Source: Monocercomonoides exilis PA203
Lineage: Eukaryota; Protista; Preaxostyla
Length of the DNA stretch: 64,000 bases
Direction of reading: 5' to 3'
Assembly (NCBI GenBank): GCA_001643675.2
Contig: LSRY02000033.1
Location: 806,001 to 870,000, forward strand
Each line of letters opens with the position of its first letter. Position 1 is the stretch's first letter. Under the pieces are notes generated by a model. The model saw nothing but the letters and a program-made list of their open reading frames with translations, was not told the DNA's origin and did no database searches. The translations under genes were made by a program, and so were the position numbers. This document shows, one piece after another, positions 13,501-26,726 of this stretch.

Positions 13501-14689
13501 TGTGTGGAATAATCTCTCTCACTTCAGCCACGACTCGACAATGCTGACAGCGCTGCTGTCGAGGCAGCTGGAGTATCTGGAGGCTGTCTCAGCTGTGGTG
13601 ATGTACGGATCTGTTGACCACAACGGCGCACGGGTGGTGTCTGGAGACACGCCTTTGGATAAGCTGAGTGTGCGGCGGACAAAAGGGAACTGGACGCAGA
13701 TGGAGGCATTCACAGGGCATCGGAAGGACTGTTACATGATCGAAACGGCGAAGTGCGTGGGCGACAGGCTGATTGGAGATGTGCCGAATTTTGTGGGGTT
13801 TGACAATCTGCTGGCTACGATACAGACACACGCAATGAAACTGTCGAAAATCAGAGCAAGCACAACACAAACAGCAGATGCTGATGAGCTTATAAAAGAT
13901 ATTTCTGCGAATGAAAACGAAAGTACAAATTTGGTTTCTGATCCCTCACATCATTTGTCTCATGCAACTCCTCTTCCACTTCATTCCTTGTCATATTTGA
14001 GCGACCCTTTGAGCATAAATTCCACTTCAAATGAATTGTCTCCATCTACCTCTTCTGAATCATCAACAGTTTCTGACAACTCTAATTCTTCATTGCCTCA
14101 ACACATCAGCACAAGCGCCTCTGATGCGCTTCAACAGAATTTGAGCCATTACACTTCCACTAACTCTCTTTCCTTTTCTTCTAATTCAAACATTTTGAAC
14201 AATCCACGAATTCTTTCAGCAACTCCGCTGTCTGCCGACTACGGGGCACTTTACACGCTTCTTGTGTATGATGGACACGACGGGCTGATGACATACCAGA
14301 CGCTGCTGATCAGCTTGATACAGGGCAACATCACCACACTTGTACACACTGTGATTGCGTTGTTTGCGGTTGGGATGAGTATGATGGTGCTGGTTGCGAT
14401 GACTGTTCTGTTTCCGCTGGGGAGCAATCTGTCGGAGGAGAACACGATTAACGTGATGATTGAGCAGCTGTACAAGACAGAAAAAAGCGATGAGAGAGAC
14501 GAGATAAAAGACGAATACGGTGAAGACTCAGAAGAAGAAGGGACGCTTCGAGGAAAAAATGCAACACCGCTAAAGCGCACCACTAAAACAGGAGAGAAGG
14601 AGCTATCAGCATTCATAAAGAAGAAAGTTAAAGATGATGATGTTGATGATACGACAAAACTGTATAATGGCTATGGCAGAGAAGCATGA
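7572..14689 (+). CDS. Giant multi-pass membrane protein, TmcB/TmcC (tiny macrocysts)-like; probable exons 7572-7663, 7730-7760, 7883-14689
   Basis: 2316-aa ORF. N-terminal cluster of about 8 TM helices with a C-x(10-14)-C loop (LMCTSDNSLYNFRNIVC), TPR-like segments (LLLQHAIFCRSF, VLRLYGSLLLNVFRD), then two further TM pairs enclosing extracellular loops. The family call rests on architecture only. Confidence 0.65.
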
Positions 14690-16140
14690 AAGGATTAATG
14701 ATGAATGTTTCATGGGACTTCTATTAATAACACTCTGGCAAATGGATTGTGCCTTTTCATTCACATTGTTTTAAGTTCAATTGAAGATTCATAATTTATT
14801 TATGAATGAAATTAAACTTTTTTTAATTTTCATCAAAAAAGTCTATTTTATGAAGATATGTGTGCTTCTTTCAACTTGTAATCCTACAGAAACAAATTAA
14901 TGAGCATTTCCTTTTAAGAGAAATAAAAATGTTTCGCTGGTTGCTTTTTTTCTTATCATTTTGGTATTCTTTTGTTTTGTTTGCCTTTATAAGATTTGTA
15001 ATTCCGCTATGTATTCGTTTGACAGTTCTTTAAGAGTCCAAATGAAATTCATTGTCTTATGTGCCATTTCATATCTTTACACATTGTTTTCTTCATCGAT
15101 AGAAACAAAATTTTCAACATCATTTAAGTTCTTTTTAAATTGTTTCGTTCGTTTTTCAGTTTAGTATTTGCAACGATTTTGTTGCTTCATCAATTTTTCT
15201 TCAAGTGATGTGTTTTTATGTTGACGATTACAAGCTGTTTAATTTTCATGCAAGAATCTTAGCAGCCGAGTAAAATAACTTCATTTTTAATTTGAATAAT
15301 CACTTCAGATATTTTTTATATGTAGTTTTTGTGTTACAATAACTGATTTATAGATATTCAATTTTTATGCCATGTTCAATTTCTTTCTTTTTTTTACGCA
15401 TCGGCTGCTGAAATGATGAATTGTTTAATTTTCATTAACATCAAAATTTTGTTTTGACAAGTTAAGTGTTCGAAGACTAGACAAAATATTAGCCATTGAA
15501 AAAGAAAAACTAAATGGAAATAATAAATAACATCAAAATAACAATTATTATTATGAGAAATACACAGATCCAAAACAGGAATTTCAATAACAGGTTTCGA
15601 GAAAATGATAAAACCCTCACAAGGAAAACAACATCGATGCAAAAGATTGGATGAAATAAAAACATGCAAATTGAAAATAAAAAGAAGTGAAAAGCTCAAA
15701 GCAAAAACAAGAGTTAAAGAGCAAAGAATAAAAGAACAAAGAACAAAGAACAAAGAAAACGATTAATGAAGCACAGCTATAACAATAATGAATGAATTGA
15801 ATCATCAACAGCCCGCTTCATAGAATCTTACAATCAGATTAATAATTGGAAAATAAAACACATCATCGAGCATCGACTCCACGCAATTTCATTTAGAACA
15901 GTTCGTCTTTCTTTCAAACGAATTAGCAACAGGTTTATTTTATATTATAACTATTTTATACTGAAAGAGCAATTTCTATACAAAACAATCGACTTACAAG
16001 AATAAAGAAAGACTCCATTCTCTTCTCTTCCTTTTTTCCCCTTCCTTTCATCAAATAATCAACAAAACTCAAAATGTACCTATCCCTCATCCAGCATTCA
16101 TTCATTCACGCAAAAGCACTTCAAAGCACATCCTTCATCT

Positions 16141-19100
16141 TTACTCCAACTCTCTTGATTTGGCCTCAATATCGTCCATCTTCATCGCCTGGATTGTGCT
16201 CAAGCTTTCCCACAGCTCGGGAATGCCATGCACTGCAAACGGGATCTGCCCTGACTTCTTAATTGCAAATGTCACATCTGAAATTCTCTGTGCCTTCTCC
16301 CAGTTGACCATGTCGTTGACGACTGTGGGGCTCTCGTCGACATACACCAGGTCTGTCAGATATGTCGAGAAGAACGGCAGAAACGGCGGCTTTGTTGTCT
16401 TCGCGAGGTGCCGCAGCTGGGCGCTCTTCCCAGCCGTGTCTGTCACCTCCCGCAGCTTCGTCAGCGTCTCCATCTTCTTCGCAGACACAAACGCCCACGA
16501 CTTCTTCAGACGCTTCACCGCAAAGCCGTTCAGCGCCAGCATCACCTCCATCACCCCGTTGAAGTTGCTCAGCTGCAGCATCTCCTCTGCCATCTGGATG
16601 AAAAACTCAATCATCTTCCCTCGCTCTGCTGGCTGCTCCTTCGACACAATGCACGACGCCACCCACAGCGTCACCTGGTTGAACCGTTCTGTCATCCTCC
16701 TCACATTCGGCGCGATTTCCTGTGCATTCTCCTTCATCCACGCCTTCGACACGAACTCCACTGGCTGCATCTTGATGTACAGCTCAGCCTCAATCAGCGT
16801 CATCTGCCTGGCAATCTCTCTCGGATCGAACTCATCCAGCGACAGCACCAGAGGGGAGGTGAGGGTGCAGCTCCAGACAGCACCTGCAGGCGACGAAGAG
16901 ATCGAAGACGACGTCAGCACTGGAGAAGACACACCAGACTGGACAGAAGGCAAAGTTGCAGCAGACGCACTCAGGTGATTCGACGAAGATGACAACAAGC
17001 TGGCTGTTGAGGAGGACGAGCTGAGTGAGCTGCTTGGCCCTCCTGTGTTCGCGCCATACACCATGTGCTTCTTCAGTCTGTCTGGGAAGAACGGCAGCGG
17101 GGCGTTGTGAGGTGTCCATGGGTGCACAGGTGCCTGTGCTGCAGCCACAACACCATTCAGAGACTGCATAATCATCTTCGCATAGACAGGTGTGCCGTCA
17201 GCGATGCTCTGCTTCAAGAGAGCGATTAAGAGCGACTCCATCGCAGGGGAGGAGAAGTCTGTTGGGTGGGACTTGATCCACGTCTGGATAGACGCCAGGA
17301 CGCTGTGCCGCACCCGCTCTGGTATCTCTGGCAGCTGCAGAGAGAGGGCGTGTGGCTGAGAGGGTTGGGGCACTGGAGACGCAGAGGGAGGCGGTGGGAC
17401 AGGTGGTGGGGCATTCTGTGCTTGTTGCTGCTCGTCTTCAGACTTCTTCCTCTCTTTGTCTCTGTCTATTTTGGGTGTGAAGAGCTGCACGCGGAGTGTG
17501 GATTTTGGCTGAGGCAGTGTGGCTGTTGATGTCTGTTCCTGCTCTTTCTTGTTCTGTTTTCCAGCTGCTCCTTCGTCTTCTTCTTTGCCTTCCTCTTTCT
17601 CACCCTCTCCTTCCCCAGGTGATGCGTCCTTCTCCACTCTGATGGGCGATGCCACCACATCTGACACGAAGTCGAGTGGAGGAGGAATGCTGTCACAGGA
17701 AGAGTTCTGTCTCTGCTGCATCTGCATCTGCTGCTGATGCTGCTGTTGCTGTTGCTGCTGAGCAGAAGGAGAAGAACTGGGCAGAGGGACAGGTGTGCTG
17801 AAGGAGAGGGTGGTGGAGAGGTGCTTGTTGGGAGAGGAAAGAGATAGATTTTGGGTGCTGGCTGTTGGGTGAGATGGCTGTGGAGGAGGAGAGGAGGAAG
17901 GGCTGGGGGAAGCTGTTGACGGAGAAGAGGGAGAAGAAGAAGAAGAAGAAGATGTTGATGATGTTGTTCCTGATGCTGGTGGGGGTGGAGGAGGCGGTGG
18001 AGGAGGAGGGGGAGGTGGTGGAGGTGGAGGTGGAGCAGAAGAAGGAGATGATGAGGGGGATGAAGCAGAGGCAGGTGGAGGGGGTGTTGGTGGTGGTGAG
18101 TGCCTGTTGGCTGGACATGAGGGTGACTGAGACATGCGTTTGACTAAAAAATAGATGAGCAAAAAGGAGAAGAAAAACAAAGAAAGAAATAATGAAACAA
18201 TTTAAATTAATTTATTCTCAAAAAAGAAGAAGAAATGCTTTAAATTTTTCTAAGATTCCTTTCAAAAAAAGCTTCAAAAGCAGAAATTTCATATCACAAT
18301 TTCTCTTTCTCTTTCTCTCTTTCTTTCTCTCTCTCTTCTATTAGTATCACAGCATACCCTGATTCTCCCACTCCTTGTATCTGTCATTGATCAGCTCATA
18401 TCTCACAATCAGCAGCCTCATCAAGTCCTCTGGGGTCATCCATGTTCTGTAGCTTAACAAGAACACGCCCCACATCTTCAGTGCCAGCGGGTCTGTCCCT
18501 GTGCACTTCTCCACCAGCTTCACCACCGTCGCCTGCGAAATCCGCCGCTTGTTCGCATTCCGAAGGAGCGTGTTGGAATTCACAGACTGCGAATCGGCTC
18601 CTTTCTCTCTCTCTCTTTCTTTCTCTCTTTCTCTCTCTCTGTCTTTCTCTCTCTCTTTCTCCTTCTCCTTCTCCTTCTCTCCCGTCTCCTCTGTCTTCTC
18701 CTGTTGATAGACAATATTCTCTGGTGTATCCACCAGGCCGAAGATGATGTTGTCTCGGGAGACAGGAAAGGAAGGCAGCTGCACTTTGCTCACAGCCGGC
18801 GGGCGAGGAATGAGAATGCCGTTTGTTGAGGCAGAGGCAGACGAGGAGGACGAGAGCATCTCACGCAGAGTGAGAAGAGAGGCCGAGATGGACTCCAGCT
18901 CGGGTGTATGCGGAAAGAGGGTGGGTACATTAGAAGAAGAAGAGGAAGAGGAAGAAAGAGAGGGAGAAGAAGAAGCTGTTTGGGTGGTGGTAGATGAAGA
19001 TAGTGAGGAAGGAGAGGTGCAGTTTGTTTGAGAGAGATTAGGAGAAGACGAAGATGTCGAAGAAGGAAGAGCAGAAGTGGAAGCAGAAGAAGACAGAGGC

Positions 19101-20634
19101 GATGGTGAAACGGAGGGAGCAGGCGAAGAAGAAGGAAGGAGAGGGGATGATGTGTCTATGGATGGGGTTTTAGAGTGCATTGGAGAAGTCAAAACAGCAC
19201 AAGAAGCAGACGATGATAAAGAAGGAATCGCAGAGAAAGAGCCAAGCTGCAGAGAAGAAGGTCTCAATGGCTTGACAACCAGAAGAAGAGGATTGACAGC
19301 GAGTGGCTGTGAGGGTGGAGGAACAAGAGGAGAAGAAGTGGCAGAGAGAGACCGCTTGGTCTTAGTTGGTGTGGCTGAATGAGAATCAGCAGAGGATGAG
19401 CCAGCAGGGCTGTCGGGGGATGTGGTTGATGAGCTGAGCGCAGAGGGAGAGGAAGGTGTCGAGAAGTACGAAGAAGATGGAGGAGGTGGTGGAGAAGGAG
19501 ATGCAGAGGGAAGTCCCTGCACATCTGCTGTGCTTAATGAAGGTGACTGCAATTGGCCACCAGCTGTGTCAGATGCCTCCTTCTCGCTGCCAAGCTCCTT
19601 GTTTGTGGAGGTCGAGCGCCTCGAGGTGGTGTTGCTGCGGCGGATGGTGAATGTGACAGAGGGCAGCGGCGAGTGAGTCAGCGATGTATTCACCACAGGT
19701 GACGAGATGGGAGAGGCTGCGGGTGATATCGCGGCTGAGCTGGTGCGGGACTTAGTGGATGGCGTGAAAGAGCAGGTGGGAAGTGACTGAGGACTCGGTT
19801 GGCTAGCGCTTGATGGTGACAGTGGCTCAAGTGGATTGCGAGTTGTGCTTTGCGAAAAAATAAGAGAAGGTTGAACTTCGTCTTTTGGGCTTTCTGCAGC
19901 CTCTTTATCTGAACTGACATCTTCAGGCTTGGCTTCTGCTTCATCATTCGGTTTGGATGGTGTGCTCTCTTCTTGGGTGTTTTGATCAATTGTCTCATCG
20001 ACTTCTGTTTTAGTCTTTAACTCTGAAGTTGATTGACAGCGTTCTTTATCCTTAAAAGAATGAAATGATAGTTTCTGTTCTTGGTGTTTGTGATCGGAAA
20101 CAGATTCAGGAGACTTACTATGAGAATGACGAGAATTGCGCTGAGAATTTTTCACAAAATTTGCAGAATTCTTTGGTGGTGGAGTCGTTGCACGAGGTTT
20201 TGGATTCTGTTGTTGTTGTGATTTGATCATCGAAGGAAGCTTTAACGTTTCTGGAATTATATCGAAAGAAATCTGCTTTTCAGAATTACTTGTTTCACTT
20301 AATGGTGTTGTTGGTGGTGGAGATTCGCTGTTACGGCTTGAAGTCTTGGCGGACTGAGTTACGATCTTTGTCGGTTTTGAACTTGGTAACCTGGGTGCAG
20401 TCGCAGTTGATGTCGCTTTTTCTTGATACAGTGATATAAGTTCTTTGACTGAATTTACTGAGTTTTGAATAACTGCATCGCTCTGGATATTCTAATACAA
20501 AATTTAACCAAGATTGAAAAAAAAGTAAGAAACGCAAAAGAATAAAATTCTCCAAGTTTCGCATTCCAACGATAAAAAATATTTCATACTGTTGATTTCA
20601 CATCTTGTTCATCTCCAGAGCGCTGTTCGCTCAT
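16141..20634 (-). CDS. Ras guanine-nucleotide exchange factor (REM + CDC25 domains); exons ~20634-20590, 20491-18358, 18143-16141
   Basis: REM motifs ATVVKLVE...FLLSYRTWMTPEDLMRLL and VLASIQTWIKSHPTDF. CDC25 motifs DPREIARQMTLIE, FNQVTLWVASCI, NFNGVMEV and PPFLPFFSTYLTDLVYVDE. Confidence 0.93.
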
Positions 20635-20875
20635 TGATGAGATAATTGAGAATTCAAAATATGGGGATGAGTTTGATTTTCACAATAAAAGAATTATTAT
20701 AACTATAGCAATTAAATGGATGCTGCTAATGTTTCTTTTTCATAAATGAAAATCAATCAACCATTAATTTTTGATATTTTGAAAAATAAAAATTTGGCAA
20801 TTATTGTTTTAGCAAACAAATGTGTGAAATTATTATTTCGTATATCTCCTTTTTTAAGTAATTAATGATTTTAGG

Positions 20876-23307
20876 ATGCAAAATTCTGATGAGGTAAAAA
20901 AAGAAAACTCCGCATCAGGTTTTAACTTCTTTTTTTTGCATTTAAAATAGAAAGTTACGAATTTTTATGCGTTAAAATGAATTTGCATCGATGATAAGAA
21001 TCGTTATTTCTTCTTTCTTCAGACAAAAGCGATAATGCAACCTCGTCATTTGCAGATTTGCCATATTTTCCTCCTGAACTTGATGAAGATGATGAACTAC
21101 TAATTGCATTCCAGCAAACAAATGACGTTTTTGGAAAAGATTTTAATGACTTATTGGCAGAAAAGCACAATCAACTGAAACTTAATACACAACTTCATTT
21201 TTTAAAACATCAATCAACAATAAGATTAAGAGATGTTCCTCTGATAGGGACAAAAAGTGACTACGTTGACAATCCACGAGTAAATCAAACGGTAGGTGTC
21301 GACGGGTTTTATACTAAATTTATTGAAATGGATCGAGATCATTCCGTTTGGGATGCTCCAAGGAGAGTTTTTGGAGTGTCTTTGGTTGAATTTAACCAAT
21401 TTGATGCAAACGTTGTTGGTGTTGTTTATCGCTCAATGCTTTGGAAGCAACCAAAGTGCAATTTTCCATTGATAGCATCTCCTTTGAGTTATGATTCTGG
21501 TCAAACACTTTTAAATGCTGAAAAACGAAGTGACATGACAGAATCTTTGGAGGGTGCTAAAAAAGTTAGAACAGATAACGAGAAAGAAGAAACAGTGGGG
21601 CAAGCATACATACCGCCTTATTATCTTTTCCCATCCTCAAATGAGCAAGACATTGAGCAATTGTCAAAAGTGGAGATGGCTCAAGCATCGCACTCTGCTT
21701 CTGCTCTGTTCATCCCAACATTAATACGCCTCTCATTGCCCTCTTCATCTCCTTCACCCACAACACAGACAGAGCTGAGCGACGAATGGAACAGTGTAAT
21801 TATGCTCTGGTCTTTGCGAAGCCTCACAACTCAACCACAATTTTCTTCGTCTTCTTCATCTTCTTCAGCACCAGCAGACTCTTCAGCTACCCGCACGCCA
21901 ACTCCACTTGCAGTGTTTTCTCTCCCAGCGACTGTCACTTCACTCTCCTTCTGCCCCAACAAATCGTCTGTGCTGTATGCTGGCTGTGCAGACGGCTCAG
22001 TCCATCTTCTTCAGGCTGAGCCATTGGCAAGCGCCATAAGCGAGTCTAACGCCTCTCTTCATTCATCATCCACCCCAAACATTCCCCTCGGTGCCCGCTC
22101 CTCCGTCCACACCATCGTCGATCCGTCGACGTGCGAGGCGAGTGTGATCGCGCTGACAGGCAGTGCTGCTTCGCCTGGGTGGGGCAGAGCGTCTCCTCAC
22201 CCAGCTGCGCCTGGCGGGATGATGGCACTGCGCAGTGCAGAAGGCAAGGTCATCTGTGTCGATGGCCTCGGCACAACCACCCGGTGGAGCGACGACCTCA
22301 GCAAGCAGATCTCATTCAGCTCGTTCATCTCAATGAGCAGCAGCTTGTCTTCGCCTTCCTCTTCTCCTGCCTCTTCTCCTACTTCTTCTTTCTTTTCTGC
22401 CTCATCTGCCCCTATTCACTTCACCACTCACGCCTTCACCACACCCTTTTCTGACTATGCGCTTCTGGGCGCTGAAAACGGCGGGCTGTTCTGTGCGAAG
22501 GAGTCGCGATTCGCCCGCTTTGTCGACTTTGCCGGCACAATTGATGCAATCATGGGTGCCGGCAGTGAAGAGATTGATGTGAAGTTCCCAATTTCTGCGC
22601 TGAAAGTGCACCCGATGTGTGTCTCTCTGCTTTCCACACCCGAAGGAATAGCTGCTTATTCACAGAGAACAGAAGCATCTGCCTTCAGCATGTCAACTGG
22701 GATGTCTGCTCGTTCTCATTCTGCTATGTCATCATCATCTTCTTCTTCTTCTTCCTCTTCCTCTTCTTCTCCTTCTCCTTCTCCTTCTTCACTGGACTTC
22801 TTATCTTCTGCCGATGCTGTGTTTTGTGGGGAGCATCGCCTTGTCTTTGCAGTCAGCTCGTTCAGCGGCTCTGTCTTCGTGTTCTCAACAGCCCCGCTGT
22901 CTGAGTCTTCCCTGCAGCCAAGCACTCGCCCTTCCCTTTTCAATCAGTTCGCAGCAGCATCTTCTCCTTCCTCATTCATGAAATCTCTTCTTCTTCCTCC
23001 ACTTCATTTCTCTTCTCCTGTGAATTCAATAGCTTTTTCTCCCTCCAACCCTGCTTTGCTCGCTGTTGCAACAAACGATGGCACACTGTCATTGTTTGAT
23101 TTATCTACAAAACATACCACTCCATTTGTAGCTGTTAAGCCTCGGTCTTTTCCGCTTGTTTCAATTGCCTGGAGCGGTGATGGATCAAATGTTGTTGCTG
23201 GAAATGTCATTGGAGAACTTTTTGTATTTAATGTTGGAAAGGATTTAATTATTGAAACGGAAAAAGAAAGAGTTGAAATTTTCTTTGATTTATGCAAAAT
23301 AAAATAA
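20876..23307 (+). CDS. WD40 protein, dynein intermediate chain family (DYNC1I/WDR34-like); short first exon ~20876-20918
   Basis: WD40 blades VTSLSFCPNKSSVLYAGCADGSV, ALLGAENGGLF, VNSIAFSPSNPALLAVATNDGTLSLFDL and LVSIAWSGDGSNVVAGNVIGELFVFNV match the C-terminal pattern of dynein intermediate chains. Confidence 0.7.
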
Positions 23308-23396
23308 TAATTTCAAATATTAATTGCGATCTTTCTTAAACTGAAATCATGGGTTAGATCATATATTGCATCTGATCGAACTGTATTTATTAAAGA

Positions 23397-23663
23397 ATGC
23401 TGCTACTTTATTGCGAACACTGCAAAGAATATACTCTTAAAAAGAAATGTAATTGCGGATGCACCCCTAGACCAGCCCATCCAGGTTATTCTTTTTGAAG
23501 TTACAAAAGATATTTGATTATTTGTTTTTTTGATGTTTAATGCACATTTTAACTTATAATTTTAGCACGATTTTCACCAGACGATAAATTTTCAGCTGAA
23601 AGGGTTACACTTAAACGCAGACATAATTTATTACTCACGCAGCAACCGCCACAAAAATACTAA
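23397..23663 (+). CDS. NOP10: H/ACA RNP subunit NOP10 (61 aa); exons 23397-23484, 23566-23663
   Basis: Hand-spliced [77 protein letters not shown] and LLTQQP are Nop10 signatures. Not called in the ORF track. Confidence 0.96.
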
Positions 23664-24230
23664 TTTGATTCTTATCAATCATTTCATCTGATTTTCTTTA
23701 ATTTGTTTTGCATACTGTTTTCAAAACTTTATGTAAACTCTTATTTCCATTTTGTTGAACTTAAAAGCTCAAGTTTCCTTTGATTGCACTTCTTCAGTTT
23801 ATATCTTTAAAAATTATAAAATGCTTTATCAAGCAGTAATTTCCAAATTTTCGAAAGTGCAACAAACGTTATTCCAAATGATCTCGTTACATGTTTAATA
23901 TCATTTTTGATTTTAAAAAAAAGAAAAATATCCTCCGCTTGGGATGCTTGTTTTGTTGGTCAAAATACATTTAAAAGTTTCGAAATTCGTTAAAAAAAAA
24001 TGGAAAAAATGTAAAAAATAAAAAGAATGCATGAAGAAATAAAATAATTGATTTGATTGGATAAATATTTTGCAACTCTTTTTTCTGTAATTATTTTTGT
24101 ATAAGTTTTTGAGGATAGAAACGGATTTGAATGGATGATACGCAGCTGATGCACGACGATAAATAGATGTGATGTGTGAAGCTCTTCTTGCCTTCAAAAA
24201 TCTAACATCTATGTTACGATGACAATGACT

Positions 24231-26726
24231 TTATTTGCTATCTTCTTCCTTTGTGACATGTTTCTCTTCACTAACTGGCGAAGCAGAAGAGGCGGGTATT
24301 GCGGATGGAGCTGAAGAAGATGCTCCAGACGCTTTTCGTTCTTCTGCCATTTTTCTTACAATTGAGACCATTGAAACAGGGTTAGGCTCTGCAACTTCAC
24401 CTTCGCTTGTTTCTTTTTTCTCTTTTTCTTCTTTATCATCCTTCTTATACCTGTTTCCTTCTATTCCAAATTCTTTCATCACTGCCACTGTAGATTCAGG
24501 AAGAATGCATTTCTTTCCTGCCTCTTCCAACTGACAGCAGACAGATAAGATTGCATCCTTTGAATATTCCTTATAAGCATGATCGTATCCGGCTTTAATG
24601 GGAAGCTCTGGGAAGTCGTCCATTAACAGCTTAAATCCGCCATTATTCATCATAGAATCAAAGTTCATGCCCATCGTCATTCCCATCTCATTAGCCAACG
24701 AGTCGAGTGCATCGTCTCTTCCTCTTCCTCTACCGCCACGACCTCCTCGGCCACCCCTTCCTCTCGAGCTCTTTCCACCTCTTCTTCGACTGCTATCAAC
24801 TGCTTCTGACTCTTTCTCCTTTTCGGCTGCTTTCCCTTTACCTTTACCTTTCTTTCCTTTTCCTGATGTGCTTGAGCCAGAAGTGTAATTGTATTGATCT
24901 GATGAGGAATAAGAAAACTGAGTTTTTTCTCCAGCTTTCCCTTTTCCTTTTCCTCCCTCTTTTCCATCAGCATTTTCAGCACCTTCCTCATCCTCTTTTT
25001 TATCTTCTCTCGAATAATAAAATCTTGATGTCTTACTACTGCTTGCAGGAGCTGATGTCTGTCCATGTTCATTATCTCCTCTTCCGCTAGCACCTCCTCT
25101 TCCGCCAGATCCCCTTCCGCCTCTTCCTCTCCCTCTCCCTCCTCCTCTCCTTCCTCTACCATATCCATATCCATCATGTCCTTCTCCATATCCATTTTCC
25201 ATCATCATCATCATCTGCACCATCATCTGCATAGACAGTGGGTCCATGGGCATACCCATTGGCATCCCAAATCCCATTCCGCCAGGTGCTCCCATTCCAC
25301 CTGCTCCCATCATTCCTACTGCTCCGTCAGCCATTCCTGCTCCTTCTCCAAATTCTCCCTCTAATCATATTGCAACAATGGTGATACGTTCAGGAAATGA
25401 ATTTAAAGATATTAGTTATTTATAATTAAAGTCTAATAAGAAGATTTCCAAACCAGGTGGCATCATTCCAAATGAAGGTTTTCCAAATGAAGAGTGCTAA
25501 ATAGCATATTTACAGTGTGAATGAAGTTAAATAAATTTAGAAATTTATTCAAAATAAACAAATTGAGTTATTAAAAAAAATGCAAATATTTGATTATTAA
25601 GTTCAATTTTTAAAAAAATGGCTTCAAACCTGATGTCTATAAAAGCCTGAAGGTGCTCCAAGTGGAGTTCCTTCCATTCCAAAAGCATCTGAACCGCTTG
25701 CTTTTCCTTCCATGCCAAATGCATCTGTATCCTTGTCTTCTTCGCTTGTCTCTCTTAACAATTAAAATATACATATTTTTTTTTATGTTTTAAACCATTA
25801 GTGAATATACAGTACATAAAAGAAATTGATTATAATTTATCAATTCAAAAGCAGTACAGAAAAGCAAATTAAAATCGAATCAATCAATAACTTTAATTAC
25901 AAACAATAATGTTCTTATATGTTCTGCTTTCAATCTTGCAGAAACGCTTTTTCCATCAATTTTCTTTGTTCTACATCTTTCCAACGCTTTTAAAGCAATT
26001 TCCTCGCTATCAAATGTTATCATCCAGGTGTCAGCAACATCAGGTTTGATTGTTTCGATAGATCCTCCAATTTGTTCAAGATCAAATAAATTACGAATTG
26101 TCTATAATTCCAATTAAAAGCATTTGTAAAACAAAAGATAATAAAGCAAAAAACTGACAAACATCTTCTGGAGTAGAAGAAGGAAGATCACGCAAAATTA
26201 CAGTCTTTCTTCGTATTGGTTGAAGATTGGGCTTCACTTTCGTTTTTTCTTCATTCAGCTGCAATTTCTTTGAAGTGCTAAGTGCTTCAACAATTAATTC
26301 TTTATCTGTAGTTATTCTTGAAAGTTCTTTGAATGATGCAAGTACATCCAATGGAACAAATAATTGAGAATCCATTTGCGAAACAAGATAAGCATCTCGT
26401 GCTAAATTCGTTTTCGAAAGATAATATTCAATTTGTGAACGAATTTGCTGGAGTATCACTTCGCGCTCTTTACACGAAAAAGAATTAAAAACAAGAATTT
26501 GAAGAATTATAAAATATAAAAATAAATAAATAATGATGCCAATCAGATTAAAAATATAATGTAAATGAAATTAAATGAAATAAATATTGCATAAATATAA
26601 ATAGCATTCATTTGACAATAGCACGAAAATCAATAAACAAAATGATGAATTAAAAAAAAAATTCACACCACTTTCAGTTGAAGGTATTTGATCTTGGGTT
26701 TCAGGCTGAGTGTCAGAGGGTTGCAT
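24231..26726 (-). CDS. La-related RNA-binding protein (La HTH + RRM, LARP4-like) with Gly/Met and RGG-rich tail; multi-exon
   Basis: La motif IRSQIEYYLSKTNLARDAYLVSQMDSQLFVPL. RRM TVILRDLPSSTPED...DTWMITFDSEEIALKA matches the LARP4 type. The last exon (24231-25334) carries RGRGG repeats. Confidence 0.85.

Noticed and set aside
8179-14616. Many antisense and alternative-frame ORFs inside long genes (also 16160-19998, 36001-40648, 50831-56083)
   Set aside because: They are shadow ORFs of GC-rich, low-complexity coding sequence with no motifs.
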